DNA from: Candidatus Subterrananammoxibius californiae
GTDB lineage: Bacteria > Planctomycetota > Brocadiia > Brocadiales > Subterrananammoxibiaceae
DNA: 20,151 bases
Reading direction: 5' to 3'
Assembly (NCBI GenBank): GCA_030586555.1
Contig: JAURAC010000043.1
Coordinates: 1-20,151 of the forward strand
In this document: positions 6,862 to 18,987 of the stretch, in pieces
Layout: each line of letters begins with the position of its first letter
Numbering within the stretch: position 1 is the stretch's first letter
The notes under the pieces: model-generated
Told to the model about the DNA's origin: nothing
The model's input: only the letters and a program-made list of their open reading frames with translations
The model's database searches: none
Made by a program: the position numbers and the translations under genes

Positions 6862-7461
6862 TTATCGCATCCTTGAGAGGTCAAATACAAACCGCCTGTC
6901 AGGCTCAAATTCACTGAGAATCACAAGGGTAACGATATGGCGTGGGTCAACAAAGTAGTCAGGAAAGTCATACTCGCATATAGCACAAAAGAGTGGTGGT
7001 TTGCCAGGCCACCATCCTCTCGGTTGGGCGCGCTGTTGATTATGCTTGCGCACAGGAAGGATGTATTGACCCTTGTATTCGAGTGCAACGTCAAGGTATT
7101 TTGCAAAATCGGCTGATGGACCATATAGAACAGCTTGAAAGGAAAGGAGACCATTAACCGCTGCCGTTTTTTCCTCTATCTCTTTGGGGGTTAATTCCTT
7201 GTTTTGAATTGCCGCCTCCCTTGCCACAAAGGCAACGATACTAAACTTTGTATTAATGCCTACTCTTTCAATACCTGATTCTTCTCTAACCACCACCCAT
7301 TCATCAAAAAACTCGAGCACGTTCGTATTTTTATTAGCCTTACCATACTCCACCGCCTGCTTAGTTTGCTCCTCCGTTAAATTTAACCATACCGCATGAG
7401 CATGATTATAGGGAACAAAAAACAAAAATGAAATAAATAGGATACTTATTATTCTACACAT
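6862..7461 (-). CDS. Exported hypothetical protein (199 aa)
   Basis: AAGGAGG RBS, Sec signal peptide ending AHA|VW, coherent ORF; no domain recognised. Confidence 0.8.
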   Translation of the reverse strand: MCRIISILFISFLFFVPYNHAHAVWLNLTEEQTKQAVEYGKANKNTNVLEFFDEWVVVREESGIERVGINTKFSIVAFVAREAAIQNKELTPKEIEEKTAAVNGLLSFQAVLYGPSADFAKYLDVALEYKGQYILPVRKHNQQRAQPRGWWPGKPPLFCAICEYDFPDYFVDPRHIVTLVILSEFEPDRRFVFDLSRMR

Positions 7462-7632
7462 ATATTTGGTGCCTCCTTGTTAATTCACCCATGGCTATTA
7501 TAACCAATCTTTCACTTTAAAAAAAGCTCCAAATTGATAGTATTGACAACGGCTTAAGTAGGGCATTACTGCTCCAGATTATATTCCACCTTTTAAATCA
7601 GTACAAGTAGTTTTTTAAATTATAAATTTTAG

Positions 7633-7660
7633 TTGAATTTTAACGCATTTTTGCTATATT
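7633..7660 (+). promoter_or_regulatory. Putative sigma70 promoter for the TPR/alpha-CTD-ruvAB run
   Basis: TTGAAT (7633-7638), 16 nt spacer, TGn-TATATT (7655-7660) in the divergent intergenic region. Confidence 0.4.
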
Positions 7661-7737
7661 ACAATACGGGAAAACCAATTAAGCTAAAAAACCCTGAGGA
7701 AATAGTTTAAACAAATAATATTTAATGGAGTATTTTA

Positions 7738-9087
7738 ATGACAACAAAGTTAGCAGAACCGAATATTAATAATATCTTAGAAGCCGAAGAAATTACAAGA
7801 GATAGTGTTCTAACATTGAGAAAAAACATTTATAGCTCAAACGAAGCAAGAGAAAAGTTGAAAGAAAAAGTCGAGATGCTTTATTCGTCTATAAACAAAG
7901 AACACGATAGCGTAAAAATAAGAGACGATTCACTGAGACTTGGGATATGCCTCTGGATTTTAGGTAGAATTGACGAAGCAATAAATGTACTCGCTGCAGT
8001 TGAGACCCGAAAGATTGGCCTTTACTACCTGGGTAAGTGTTACCAGGAAAAAGGCAAATATAAAAAGGCGCTTGAGTGCTTTGAGAAGGCGCAGCGAAGC
8101 GACGCTGAAGAGGTTGACGTACAGCTTGCCGTAGCAGAGGCAACGAGAGAATCAGGTGACGCACAAAAGGCGCTTAAGATAATCCAGCACCTTTCAAAAG
8201 CCAACGACAATAATGCAGATTTGCACTCCGAATGGGCACGTTGCCTTGATAATATTGGCGAATATCAGGATGCTATTGCACACTATGAACGTGCGCTACA
8301 ATTAGACCCTCAGCACCAAAATACACTTTTCCGCCTCGCTTATAACTGCGACCTTGACGGTGAAGACGAAAAAGCTATTGAGTATTATGAGAAGTGCATC
8401 CAATCTATGCCCACCCATACAAATGCACTGATTAATCTTGGAACCCTGTATGAAGACCGTGGCGATTACGAAAAGGCTACCCAGTGCTTCGAAACAGTTT
8501 TGGGTGCTGACCCAAATCACGAAAGAGCGAGGTTATTCCTGAAGGATGCAAGAGATTCCCTTACGATGCACTACGATGAGGAATTACTAAAAGAACATGA
8601 CAGAGAAAGCATGGTGCTTAATATCCCAATTTCTGATTTTGAACTCTCAGTACGCAGTAAGAATTGTCTCGAAAGAATGAACATCAAGACCCTGGGGGAC
8701 CTGACAAAGGTAACAGAAGCTGAACTGCTCTCTTTCAAGAATTTTGGTGAGACCTCATTAACTGAAATAAAGGAAATCCTTACACAAAAGGGCTTACGTC
8801 TGGGACAAGCCCTTGAAGAAGAGCAGAAATCCGCCTCAGGCGGACTACTGACCCCTGTTGAAATGGGGGAAGAAGGAAACTTATTGAATGAACCTGTATC
8901 GAAACTGAAGCTTTCCACACCCTGTCTGAAGGCACTTGGAAAAATAGGCATCGGGACAATAGGCGCACTTGTGGAAAAAACCGAAACAGAACTCATAAGC
9001 TATAAGAGCTTTAAAAGAACTTATTTGAAGCAAATTAAAGAAAGGCTTAGTAGTTACGAATTGAGTCTCAGGACCCAGGAAGAGTAG
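7738..9087 (+). CDS. TPR-repeat protein with two C-terminal RNA polymerase alpha-subunit CTD-like domains
   Basis: Multiple TPRs (e.g. ALINLGTLYEDRGDYEKATQCFETVL), then PISDFELSVRSKNCLERMNIKTLGDL...LLSFKNFGETSLTEIKEIL and a degenerate second copy. There is no alpha-NTD, so this is not rpoA. Confidence 0.9.
   Translation: MTTKLAEPNINNILEAEEITRDSVLTLRKNIYSSNEAREKLKEKVEMLYSSINKEHDSVKIRDDSLRLGICLWILGRIDEAINVLAAVETRKIGLYYLGKCYQEKGKYKKALECFEKAQRSDAEEVDVQLAVAEATRESGDAQKALKIIQHLSKANDNNADLHSEWARCLDNIGEYQDAIAHYERALQLDPQHQNTLFRLAYNCDLDGEDEKAIEYYEKCIQSMPTHTNALINLGTLYEDRGDYEKATQCFETVLGADPNHERARLFLKDARDSLTMHYDEELLKEHDRESMVLNIPISDFELSVRSKNCLERMNIKTLGDLTKVTEAELLSFKNFGETSLTEIKEILTQKGLRLGQALEEEQKSASGGLLTPVEMGEEGNLLNEPVSKLKLSTPCLKALGKIGIGTIGALVEKTETELISYKSFKRTYLKQIKERLSSYELSLRTQEE
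8830..8844. repeat. 15-bp mini-palindrome TCCGCC-TCA-GGCGGA, in-frame (SASGG)
   Basis: Perfect 6-bp stem, located in the linker between the two alpha-CTDs. Confidence 0.7.
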
Positions 9088-9228
9088 CCAATAGCCAATA
9101 GGGAATAGGGAATGGGAAATAGGGAATATGGATTAGTACCAATCAGCGCCATTGAAAATTGGAAATTTAAAATTTAAGATTTCCAATTTTCAATCTTCAA
9201 TTGTTTTGCCTATCGCCTATTCCCTTTA
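9085..9228. repeat. Nested inverted heptamer repeats with a perfect 16-bp inner stem
   Basis: AATAGCC/AATAGGG-type units on the left and GCCTATC GCCTATT CCCT on the right. The inner ATTGAAAATTGGAAAT (9151-9166) pairs with ATTTCCAATTTTCAAT (9179-9194). Confidence 0.75.
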
Positions 9229-9237
9229 TTTATACTA

Positions 9238-9828
9238 ATGCTTGAATATATCCGTGGTAGGATGATTAGCAGGTCTCCCACCCAACTGGTACTCGAAGCC
9301 GAAGGGATTGGCTACAAATTACACGTCCCACTTTCCACCTTTGAGAAGGTTCCAGACCATGGCGAGGTTAAACTCCTAACCCGAATGGTAATCAAAGATG
9401 ACCATATAAAGCTTTTCGGCTTCGCATCCACAGAGGAGCGTGAATTGTTTGAACTCCTTCTCTCTATAAGTGGGATTGGTCCCAGTACTGCCTTGACAAT
9501 CCTTTCCGGCAGTTCTGTAAGAGACTTCAGGGAGATGATTCTAAATGGCGATTCAAAAGCTCTTGAGAGGATAAAGGGTATCGGTAGGAAAACTGCGGAG
9601 AGAATAATCCTTGAGCTAAAGGAAGTGATGAGGACGAACTTTCCTATTCACACACCGTCGCCACAAGAGTTAAAAACTCAAGGGTTAATATCCGATGCCA
9701 TCACAGCCCTGGTCTCTCTGGGGTATTCACGACCTCATGCCGAGAAGGCGGTTAGCAACGCTCTGAGTAAACTCGGTTCATCTGCGGGGGTAGAAGCACT
9801 GATTAAAGAGTCTTTAAAACATACTTAA
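9238..9828 (+). CDS. ruvA: Holliday junction branch migration protein RuvA
   Basis: MLEYIRG, GIGY, LFGF...[38 protein letters not shown]. Confidence 0.97.
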   Translation: MLEYIRGRMISRSPTQLVLEAEGIGYKLHVPLSTFEKVPDHGEVKLLTRMVIKDDHIKLFGFASTEERELFELLLSISGIGPSTALTILSGSSVRDFREMILNGDSKALERIKGIGRKTAERIILELKEVMRTNFPIHTPSPQELKTQGLISDAITALVSLGYSRPHAEKAVSNALSKLGSSAGVEALIKESLKHT

Positions 9829-9860
9829 GGTGTGTAACTAAGCACAGGAGACAGCAAAAG

Positions 9861-10910
9861 TTGTCAAAAGAAGTTGAAAACCCGCCATCTTCCGGGCGGG
9901 AGGATATATTTACAACAAAGAGCTTAATAGAAGATGTTAGCTTTGAGGCAACGCTCCGCCCCCATCAGTTACGTGATTTTATTGGCCAGGAACAGGTAAA
10001 AGAAAATCTTCGCATATACATCGAGGCTGCAAAAAAAAGGGGGGAGTCCTTAGACCATATATTATTCTCAGGACCTCCAGGACTTGGGAAAACCACATTA
10101 TCCTATATTATTGCCACTGAGATTGGCGTGTCAATAAAAAGTACATCTGGTCCTGTGCTTGAAAGACCGGGAGACCTGGCAGGAATCCTCACTAACCTGC
10201 AGGCAGGAGAGGTGCTTTTTATTGACGAAATCCATCGTTTACCAAGAACCGTTGAGGAATACTTATATTCCGCAATGGAGGATTATACCATAGATATAAT
10301 GATTGACCAGGGACCAAAAGCACGTTCGTTGAAGATTAACCTGCCAAGATTTACCCTCATCGGCGCTACAACGCGGGAAGGCTTGCTTACTGCCCCCCTC
10401 CGTGCAAGGTTCGGGGTCATGGAAAGGCTCGAATTTTATCCATGGACTGACCTTTTTAAGATAATCCAAAACTCTGCAAGGCTTCTCGATATTAAGATTG
10501 ATGAAAAGGCAACTGAAGTTATTGCAAGGCGCTCCAGAGGAACCCCCAGGGTTGCTAACAGATTCTTGCGACGTGTAAGAGACGTTGCTCAGGTAAAAGG
10601 CCAAAACGTCATTACCGAAGAAGTTGCTCAGCGTGGCTTAAAGATGCTTGGTGTGGATGAAAACGGCCTCGGCGCAATGGACAGAAGGATATTAGATACT
10701 ATTATAAGGCACGGCGGTGGACCCGTAGGAGTTAAAACGATAGCCGTATCAGTCGGCGAGGAAAAGGAGACGATTGAAGAGGTCTACGAACCGTTTCTTA
10801 TCCAGAGCGGTTATCTCAGTTTAACACCCAGAGGTCGCAGGGTTACGCCCCAGGCGTATCAACACCTGGGCATCAAAGAAGCATTAAGTCAGCAGGAAAG
10901 TTTGTTCTAA
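9861..10910 (+). CDS. ruvB: Holliday junction branch migration helicase RuvB
   Basis: LRP..L.DFIGQ, Walker [44 protein letters not shown] start with AGGAG RBS. Confidence 0.98.
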   Translation: MSKEVENPPSSGREDIFTTKSLIEDVSFEATLRPHQLRDFIGQEQVKENLRIYIEAAKKRGESLDHILFSGPPGLGKTTLSYIIATEIGVSIKSTSGPVLERPGDLAGILTNLQAGEVLFIDEIHRLPRTVEEYLYSAMEDYTIDIMIDQGPKARSLKINLPRFTLIGATTREGLLTAPLRARFGVMERLEFYPWTDLFKIIQNSARLLDIKIDEKATEVIARRSRGTPRVANRFLRRVRDVAQVKGQNVITEEVAQRGLKMLGVDENGLGAMDRRILDTIIRHGGGPVGVKTIAVSVGEEKETIEEVYEPFLIQSGYLSLTPRGRRVTPQAYQHLGIKEALSQQESLF

Positions 10911-10921
10911 GCTGGTTTATT

Positions 10922-11532
10922 ATGGTGCATGCTGTTAGTAGAGATTTATTGCTACACGTTTGCTGTGCATGTTGTTTATGCGCTCCACTGGAAGCGTTTC
11001 GCCAGGAGGGCATAGAGGTAACTGGGTACTTTTATAATCCTAACATCCATCCGCTTCTTGAATTTCGGCGGAGGTTAAAAGCATTGCGTGTCTTTCAGGA
11101 AAGTGACTCCATTCAGATAATATACTGTGAAGATTACGGTCTCAGAGATTATTTAAAAAATGTGAATTTCGAGGAACCAAACAGATGCAAGGATTGTTAT
11201 ATCCTGCGAACGACAGAAACTGCACGTTATGCAAAAGAAAACGGTTTTAGCTCTTTTAGTTCTACGCTTCTTTTCAGTATACACCAGAATCATGAACAAG
11301 TGAGAACAATTTGCGAAGAAGCCGCGGCACGATATGATATTAGATTTGAGTACCGGGATTATCGTCATCTCTCGCAAAAAAGCCATGAGATTGCCAAAAA
11401 GAAGATGCTGTACCAGCAATCCTATTGCGGGTGTATCTTCAGCGAGTATGAAAGATATAAAGACACAACAAGGTTCTTATACAAAAAAGACGCTGCTGAA
11501 AAAGAAGACCCCGCCTTAGGCGGGTCGGAAAG

Positions 11533-11545
<13 letters not shown>
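10922..11545 (+). CDS. queH: Epoxyqueuosine reductase QueH (DUF208)
   Basis: LLHVCCACC, FYNPNIHP, RC..CY..R, YQQSYCGCIFS; close to tgt. Confidence 0.9.
11507..11526. repeat. Mini-palindrome GAC-CCCGCC-TTA-GGCGGG-TC in the queH tail (DPALGGS)
   Basis: Same CCGCC-TNA-GGCGG core as 8830, 11652 and 747. Confidence 0.7.
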
Positions 11546-13931
<2,386 letters not shown>

Positions 13932-13981
13932 GTTTGTTGTCTACAATATGGCATGCAAATAAGAAAAGGAGAAATATCGTC

Positions 13982-14317
13982 ATGATAAACTTTTTAGCTC
14001 AGGCAACGTCCAAGGGAACTCAAGGGAGTGGTGGTTGGCCTTTAATACTTCTTTTCGGGCTCATGTTTGTTATAATGTATTTTTTAATCCTCAGGCCTCA
14101 GAGAAAAAAGGAAAGAGACCGCAAGGATATGCTCTCACGGGTAAAGAAAAACGACCGCGTTGTTACGGCGGGTGGAATTCATGGGGTGGTTGTCTCCGTC
14201 AAAGAAAATGAACTTCTCGTGCGTGTCGATGATGCAAAGGATGTTAAATTAAGGATTGACAAATCTGCAATTTCTACCATAATTGAATCAAAAGACGAAG
14301 AGGAAGAAGAAAAGTAG
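13982..14317 (+). CDS. yajC: Preprotein translocase subunit YajC
   Basis: MYFLILRPQRKK, KKNDRVVTAGGIHGVV; lies between tgt and secDF; ATG 13982 follows AAGGAG. Confidence 0.95.
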   Translation: MINFLAQATSKGTQGSGGWPLILLFGLMFVIMYFLILRPQRKKERDRKDMLSRVKKNDRVVTAGGIHGVVVSVKENELLVRVDDAKDVKLRIDKSAISTIIESKDEEEEEK

Positions 14318-14340
14318 GGGCGTATTGCAATATGCCCACA
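14314..14340. repeat. Degenerate second copy of the GTAG REP; its GTAG supplies the yajC stop codon
   Basis: GTAGGGGCGTATTGCAATATGCCCACA compared with 5385-5412. Confidence 0.8.
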
Positions 14341-14380
14341 CATGGCTGATTTTGAATGGCGTGAAGGGAGAAAAGATTAT

Positions 14381-17300
14381 ATGCTAATGGGTTTAAGGTG
14401 GAGAACGATTATTATCATTGTAACGATTGCTGCATCGCTATGGGCTGTTTGTCCACCATCGGATAATATAATAAAAAGAGAAAAGGTCAAAGAGGTCGGA
14501 GGTGAGGTCGTTCAGCAAGAAGTGCTTGAGCAATCGTGGCTAAGGTTCTTTCCCGGAGAACGCACCGTAAGGGAAACCATTTTAAAAGAAGAAACAAAGG
14601 ATGACGGCACAAAGACAAGAGAAAAGATTATTGAACACATTGCCAAAGGGCGCATAAAACTTGGCCTCGATTTAAAGGGTGGCTCAGAACTTCTTTACAG
14701 GGTTAGAGTAGCTTCCGGCGAGGACCGTCCAGGTATAACAGGAGAGATTATAGATGTACTTGAAAAGAGAATTGACCCGCAAGGGGTAAAAGAATACAGA
14801 ATTCAAGAACAAGGAAGCCACAGGATACTTATTCAGGTCCCCGGCGCAACTAAAGAAGAAATTGAGCGCATGAAGCAACGCCTTGTAAGCCTTGGCAAAC
14901 TTGAGTTCAGGCTATGCGCCACAAGAGATAGCACAGAGTATCAGGATGCCTTGAAGGACAAACAAGTGCCCGGATATTACAAGCATTGGATTGGCAAGAA
15001 AAGTGGCGTGGTAGATGAATCCGGAAACTGGGAATTAGTTCGTAATAAGGTAGAAATAACAGGAGAACATCTCTCGAGGGTCTATTCTACACGAGATAGC
15101 AGAGGGTTGTACCCAGCGGTAGGATTTGAATTCGATGCAGTGGGAAAAAACCAGTTTGGACATCTAACAGAACGGAACATTGGGAAACCACTTGCTATTA
15201 TCCTCGATAATGTCCTCTACACAGCGCCGATAATTAAATCCCGCATACCTGGGGTTGGCATCGTAGAAGGCAATTTTACCCAGGAAAAGGTCAACGACCT
15301 TCTGGCAGTCCTTCGTGCAGGAAGCTTACCTGCCGATTTGGAACTTGAGATGGAAACAACCGTAGGTCCCAGCCTTGGGAGCGACTCTATCAGAAAAGGT
15401 TTGTTAGCTGGCTGGGTGGGTAGCACCTTTGTAGTGCTATTTATCGGCATCTACTATTTGGGCGTTGGTTGGGTGGCAAATTTTGCCCTCCTTTTAAACA
15501 TATTTTTCATCTTTGGTGCAATGGCACTTATAAACGCAACGCTTACCCTCCCCGGCATAGCTGGTCTTGTATTAACTATTGGAATGGCTGTTGATGCCAA
15601 TGTGCTTATTTTTGAAAGAATCAGGGAGGAAAAGGGTAAAGGAAAACCTATTAAACTGGCTGTTAAGGCTGGTTATGAGAGGGCATTTACAACAATCTTT
15701 GACTCAAACCTGACAACGCTTATTACAGGCGTCATATTGGCTGCCGTTGGAACGGGACCTGTGAAGGGTTTCGCATGGGTACTAATCCTTGGTCTTATTA
15801 TAAACATGTTTACGGCAATCTTTGTCACAAGGACAATCTATGAATACACTATTGATAGGGAATGGACAAAGAGCTTCTCAATGCTACTTTTCCTTAAAGA
15901 ACCCGCAGCCCAGTTTACACATTATCGCCGCTTCTTTATCCCGCTCTCGTGCACATTAATAATAGCTGGCATGGTGGCATTTGCAATAAGAGGAAAGGAC
16001 AAATATGATATTGATTTCACAGGCGGCACGCTCGTGCATCTCCAACTCAATCGCCCAACGCCAGCAGGGTTCGTTAGAACAGCCATGGCAGACGTTGGAT
16101 ATGACCATGCAGAGGTGCAGGGTATCTGGTCAACTGAATCCCTCGTTCAAGCCGCTACAGACGCCTCGGAATTTGGAATTCGCATAAAGGAATTAACTAA
16201 CGAGCAAGTAAAAGATAAATTCCTAAGCGATTTCAAAAGGATACTCGAAAGGGAACGTCAATACGGCGAGGCAAGATTCGCAGATAAGACTTCAATCGAG
16301 CTTAAGTTAAATACACCCGTTGAAGAGGCCGTGTTAAGCAAGTATCTAACAGATGCTGGATACGGAGACGAAGACATCGTCTCTATTATCCCTGTAGGCA
16401 GTAGCACTAAGTTTTACGAATTTGTCATTCCAGGCATTGCTGATGAGAAGGTGCGGCATAATATCCTCACAAAGATTACTGATGGACTTAAGGACCATAT
16501 AGCATCCTATCAGGTTGAATTGTCCTTTGGCGATATTAAAGAGACCCTACCAACCTCAGAAGCGGCTCCAAAAGAACGACAGTACGTGTCCCATTCATCC
16601 CTCGATTTAGACCTGAACAGAGCAATAGACCCCACCCTCTTAAGACTGGAATTCGCTAAAGCTGGCTTTGGCGATGTTACTATTGAAACAAGGGAGACAG
16701 AAACGAGACGGGCGCTAACCACAAGGTTTCAAATCGGAGGAACTGGAGATGCCCTGCAATCTATAAAGCAAAAGATGGCAAAGACCTTAACGATTCCGTC
16801 CATTTCAAATATCGGCAGTAACTCTATTCATGTAGAATTAAAAGAACCCATTGAAGAGGTGGCATTAATAGGATTACTGAAAAATAGACACCTCGATGGA
16901 ATCGTTAGCCATAACGTAGCCCTTAATCTTCCTTCTGAAACCTACGTGGTTAACGTGAATCCACTTAGAACTGGAAAGATTCAAGAAAAAATCCAGGAGG
17001 ATATAGCCAAAATCTTCAAGGATAACCTTTACAGCGAAACAGTTACCGTTAATATTGTGCCTGCAAATGAAAACGCTACCCACAATGTGGCATCTACTTC
17101 CGAGGTTAAAGAAGTTCATAACAATCCAGTCGAGAAAAGCACAGAGTTAGTGTTTAAGATAGAGCTGAACCCGCCAATGCAAAAAGAAAGGATTGAGCAT
17201 GCCCTTAGCCAGGCTGGTTACTTAAATATGTTATTAGAAGAACTTAAAGAAGACACACTTTATCAGACGCTCAAGATAAATGTTAATCCATCCGAAGTGG

Positions 17301-17902
17301 AAAAAATGAAGGATGATATTACTAAGGCGCTTACAGCGCCACAACCGCTAAAAAGGGTTGTAAGTATTGGTTCAACGGTTGCTGGTGAGATGAAGAACAG
17401 GGCTATAGTAGCTATTATATTCTCATGGCTTGCCATAATCATCTACGTTTGGATACGTTTTGGCCAATTAAAGTTTGGAGTCGCTGCCGTAATTGCCTTA
17501 ATCCACGACGTCCTTATTACGGCTGGAGCAGTTGCAATAGCCGACCACTACAGCAACATATTCGGCGATGTAAAAATAAACCTCTCAATGGTTGCAGCTT
17601 TCTTAACGTTAGTAGGGTATTCGATTAATGATACAATAGTTATTTTTGACCGAATCAGAGAAAATATGGGTGGCAAGCAGGCGAACCTTACCCCCGCCTT
17701 GATTAACACAAGTATCAACCAAACCTTAAGTAGAACAATACTTACCTCTTCGACAGTTTTGGGTGTAGTCCTTGCCCTTTATCTTCTGGGAGGTTCTGTA
17801 ATACATGGATTTGCCTTTGTCATGGTAGTGGGAACAATTACCGGGTCTTATTCAACCATCTTTATAGCCGCCCCAATCTTAGAATGGTGGAGGAAAAAGT
17901 AA
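14381..17902 (+). CDS. secDF: Fused protein translocase SecDF with a greatly expanded SecF periplasmic region
   Basis: LGLDLKGG, GPSLG, GMAVDANVLIFERIREE, IDFTGG, GYSINDTIVIFDRIREN, TLSRTILTS. The start is probably ATG 14381 or 14387 rather than 14342. Confidence 0.95.
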   Translation: MLMGLRWRTIIIIVTIAASLWAVCPPSDNIIKREKVKEVGGEVVQQEVLEQSWLRFFPGERTVRETILKEETKDDGTKTREKIIEHIAKGRIKLGLDLKGGSELLYRVRVASGEDRPGITGEIIDVLEKRIDPQGVKEYRIQEQGSHRILIQVPGATKEEIERMKQRLVSLGKLEFRLCATRDSTEYQDALKDKQVPGYYKHWIGKKSGVVDESGNWELVRNKVEITGEHLSRVYSTRDSRGLYPAVGFEFDAVGKNQFGHLTERNIGKPLAIILDNVLYTAPIIKSRIPGVGIVEGNFTQEKVNDLLAVLRAGSLPADLELEMETTVGPSLGSDSIRKGLLAGWVGSTFVVLFIGIYYLGVGWVANFALLLNIFFIFGAMALINATLTLPGIAGLVLTIGMAVDANVLIFERIREEKGKGKPIKLAVKAGYERAFTTIFDSNLTTLITGVILAAVGTGPVKGFAWVLILGLIINMFTAIFVTRTIYEYTIDREWTKSFSMLLFLKEPAAQFTHYRRFFIPLSCTLIIAGMVAFAIRGKDKYDIDFTGGTLVHLQLNRPTPAGFVRTAMADVGYDHAEVQGIWSTESLVQAATDASEFGIRIKELTNEQVKDKFLSDFKRILERERQYGEARFADKTSIELKLNTPVEEAVLSKYLTDAGYGDEDIVSIIPVGSSTKFYEFVIPGIADEKVRHNILTKITDGLKDHIASYQVELSFGDIKETLPTSEAAPKERQYVSHSSLDLDLNRAIDPTLLRLEFAKAGFGDVTIETRETETRRALTTRFQIGGTGDALQSIKQKMAKTLTIPSISNIGSNSIHVELKEPIEEVALIGLLKNRHLDGIVSHNVALNLPSETYVVNVNPLRTGKIQEKIQEDIAKIFKDNLYSETVTVNIVPANENATHNVASTSEVKEVHNNPVEKSTELVFKIELNPPMQKERIEHALSQAGYLNMLLEELKEDTLYQTLKINVNPSEVEKMKDDITKALTAPQPLKRVVSIGSTVAGEMKNRAIVAIIFSWLAIIIYVWIRFGQLKFGVAAVIALIHDVLITAGAVAIADHYSNIFGDVKINLSMVAAFLTLVGYSINDTIVIFDRIRENMGGKQANLTPALINTSINQTLSRTILTSSTVLGVVLALYLLGGSVIHGFAFVMVVGTITGSYSTIFIAAPILEWWRKK

Positions 17903-17999
17903 TACAAAGGAGGTGATTCCGGGAAAAAGTCAATAAATTTGAAATTTTAAATTTACAATTCTTTTAATAGGTTAAAAGGTAAGAGAGGAATATAAAAAA

Positions 18000-18830
18000 A
18001 TGAGAAGAGATACGGAGATAGGGATAATAATAGGGGTTGTGTTAGCCATTATAATAGGAGTCTTTATAAGTACAAGGACAGGGGTTAAAGAACCTACAAT
18101 ACCACTTTCACACACATACGAGGGAAAGCAACCCGAAAACGAAGCCCCTGATTTGGGTACATTGACACAGCAACCTCTGCCTGAAATTGCAGAATTACCA
18201 GAAGAAAGACCGGAGGAAGCCGTTCCAGTCACACCTGTTCAGGCTGATGTTCAAAAGGAGGAAGGAGAGGAGGAGGAGGAAGTAGTCGAAGGCGAGTGGG
18301 AGGAAGTGGAGCAACCTCCAACAGCCGTTATTGAAGAAATAACACCAGCCACGAAGCCTGCCCCTGCCGAAGCTAAAGAGCCAGAGGCAGCTATTTATGC
18401 AGGGGAAAACGCTGTCTATAAGGTTAAGGCAAACGATACACTTGCAAAATTGGCAAAACAATATTATGGTGACGAGGCAAAGTGGACATTAATTTATAAT
18501 GCAAACGCTGGCAAGATTCCACATCGAAATGCCCTTTATGTGGGGCAGGAAATAGTTATCCCGCAAGTCAGCGCACCCGCAAGCGGGCACCCGGCTGAAA
18601 AACCAACGGCAGTAGAGCGTCTTCCTTCGCCACTGATACAGGCACCTGTTACTCCAAAAGAAACCAGTAACCGCACACATACGGTCCAAAAGGGAGATAC
18701 CCTCTTTAAACTTGCCAGGCAGTATTACAACAACGAAGCTGAATGGAAGAAGATTTACGATGCAAACAAGAACACCATTCCAAACCCAAATGCCTTATCA
18801 CAAGGAGTGGTATTAATTATTCCAGAATAA
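18000..18830 (+). CDS. Membrane-anchored protein with an acidic/Pro-rich linker and two LysM domains
   Basis: N-terminal TM; YKVKANDTLAKLAKQYYG...IYNAN...LYVGQEIVIP and HTVQKGDTLFKLARQYY...IYDAN...LSQGVVLIIP. Confidence 0.92.
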   Translation: MRRDTEIGIIIGVVLAIIIGVFISTRTGVKEPTIPLSHTYEGKQPENEAPDLGTLTQQPLPEIAELPEERPEEAVPVTPVQADVQKEEGEEEEEVVEGEWEEVEQPPTAVIEEITPATKPAPAEAKEPEAAIYAGENAVYKVKANDTLAKLAKQYYGDEAKWTLIYNANAGKIPHRNALYVGQEIVIPQVSAPASGHPAEKPTAVERLPSPLIQAPVTPKETSNRTHTVQKGDTLFKLARQYYNNEAEWKKIYDANKNTIPNPNALSQGVVLIIPE

Positions 18831-18958
18831 GTAGTTTATTGTTATAATTAACTAATATTTCTAATAGATAGAGAAATCCAGTTGACTATATTCGATTAAG
18901 TAAGGACATAATCTGCCCATTTAAGACCATGTCAAAATGCTATCACATGAAAATTTCA

Positions 18959-18987
18959 TTGACATTTATAGAATCCGCCCATATATT
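18959..18987 (+). promoter_or_regulatory. Putative sigma70 promoter for the beta-propeller gene
   Basis: TTGACA (18959-18964), 17 nt spacer, TATATT (18982-18987). Confidence 0.6.

Noticed and set aside
7738..9087. Calling this gene rpoA
   Set aside because: There is no alpha N-terminal assembly domain and no ribosomal operon context; only CTD-like domains fused to TPRs.
9085..9228. Possible CRISPR array here or at 2901-2991 and 4122-4172
   Set aside because: No constant 23-47 bp repeats separated by unique spacers, and no cas genes.
14774..14788. GACCCGCAAGGGGT as another inserted palindrome in secDF
   Set aside because: It encodes the conserved SecD RID..GV motif and the stem is imperfect, so coding constraint explains it.
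18928..18950. CRP/FNR-like box (TGTCA...TCACA), and TTGAT at ~7534
   Set aside because: Half-site spacing or the second half-site does not fit the N6/N4 consensus.
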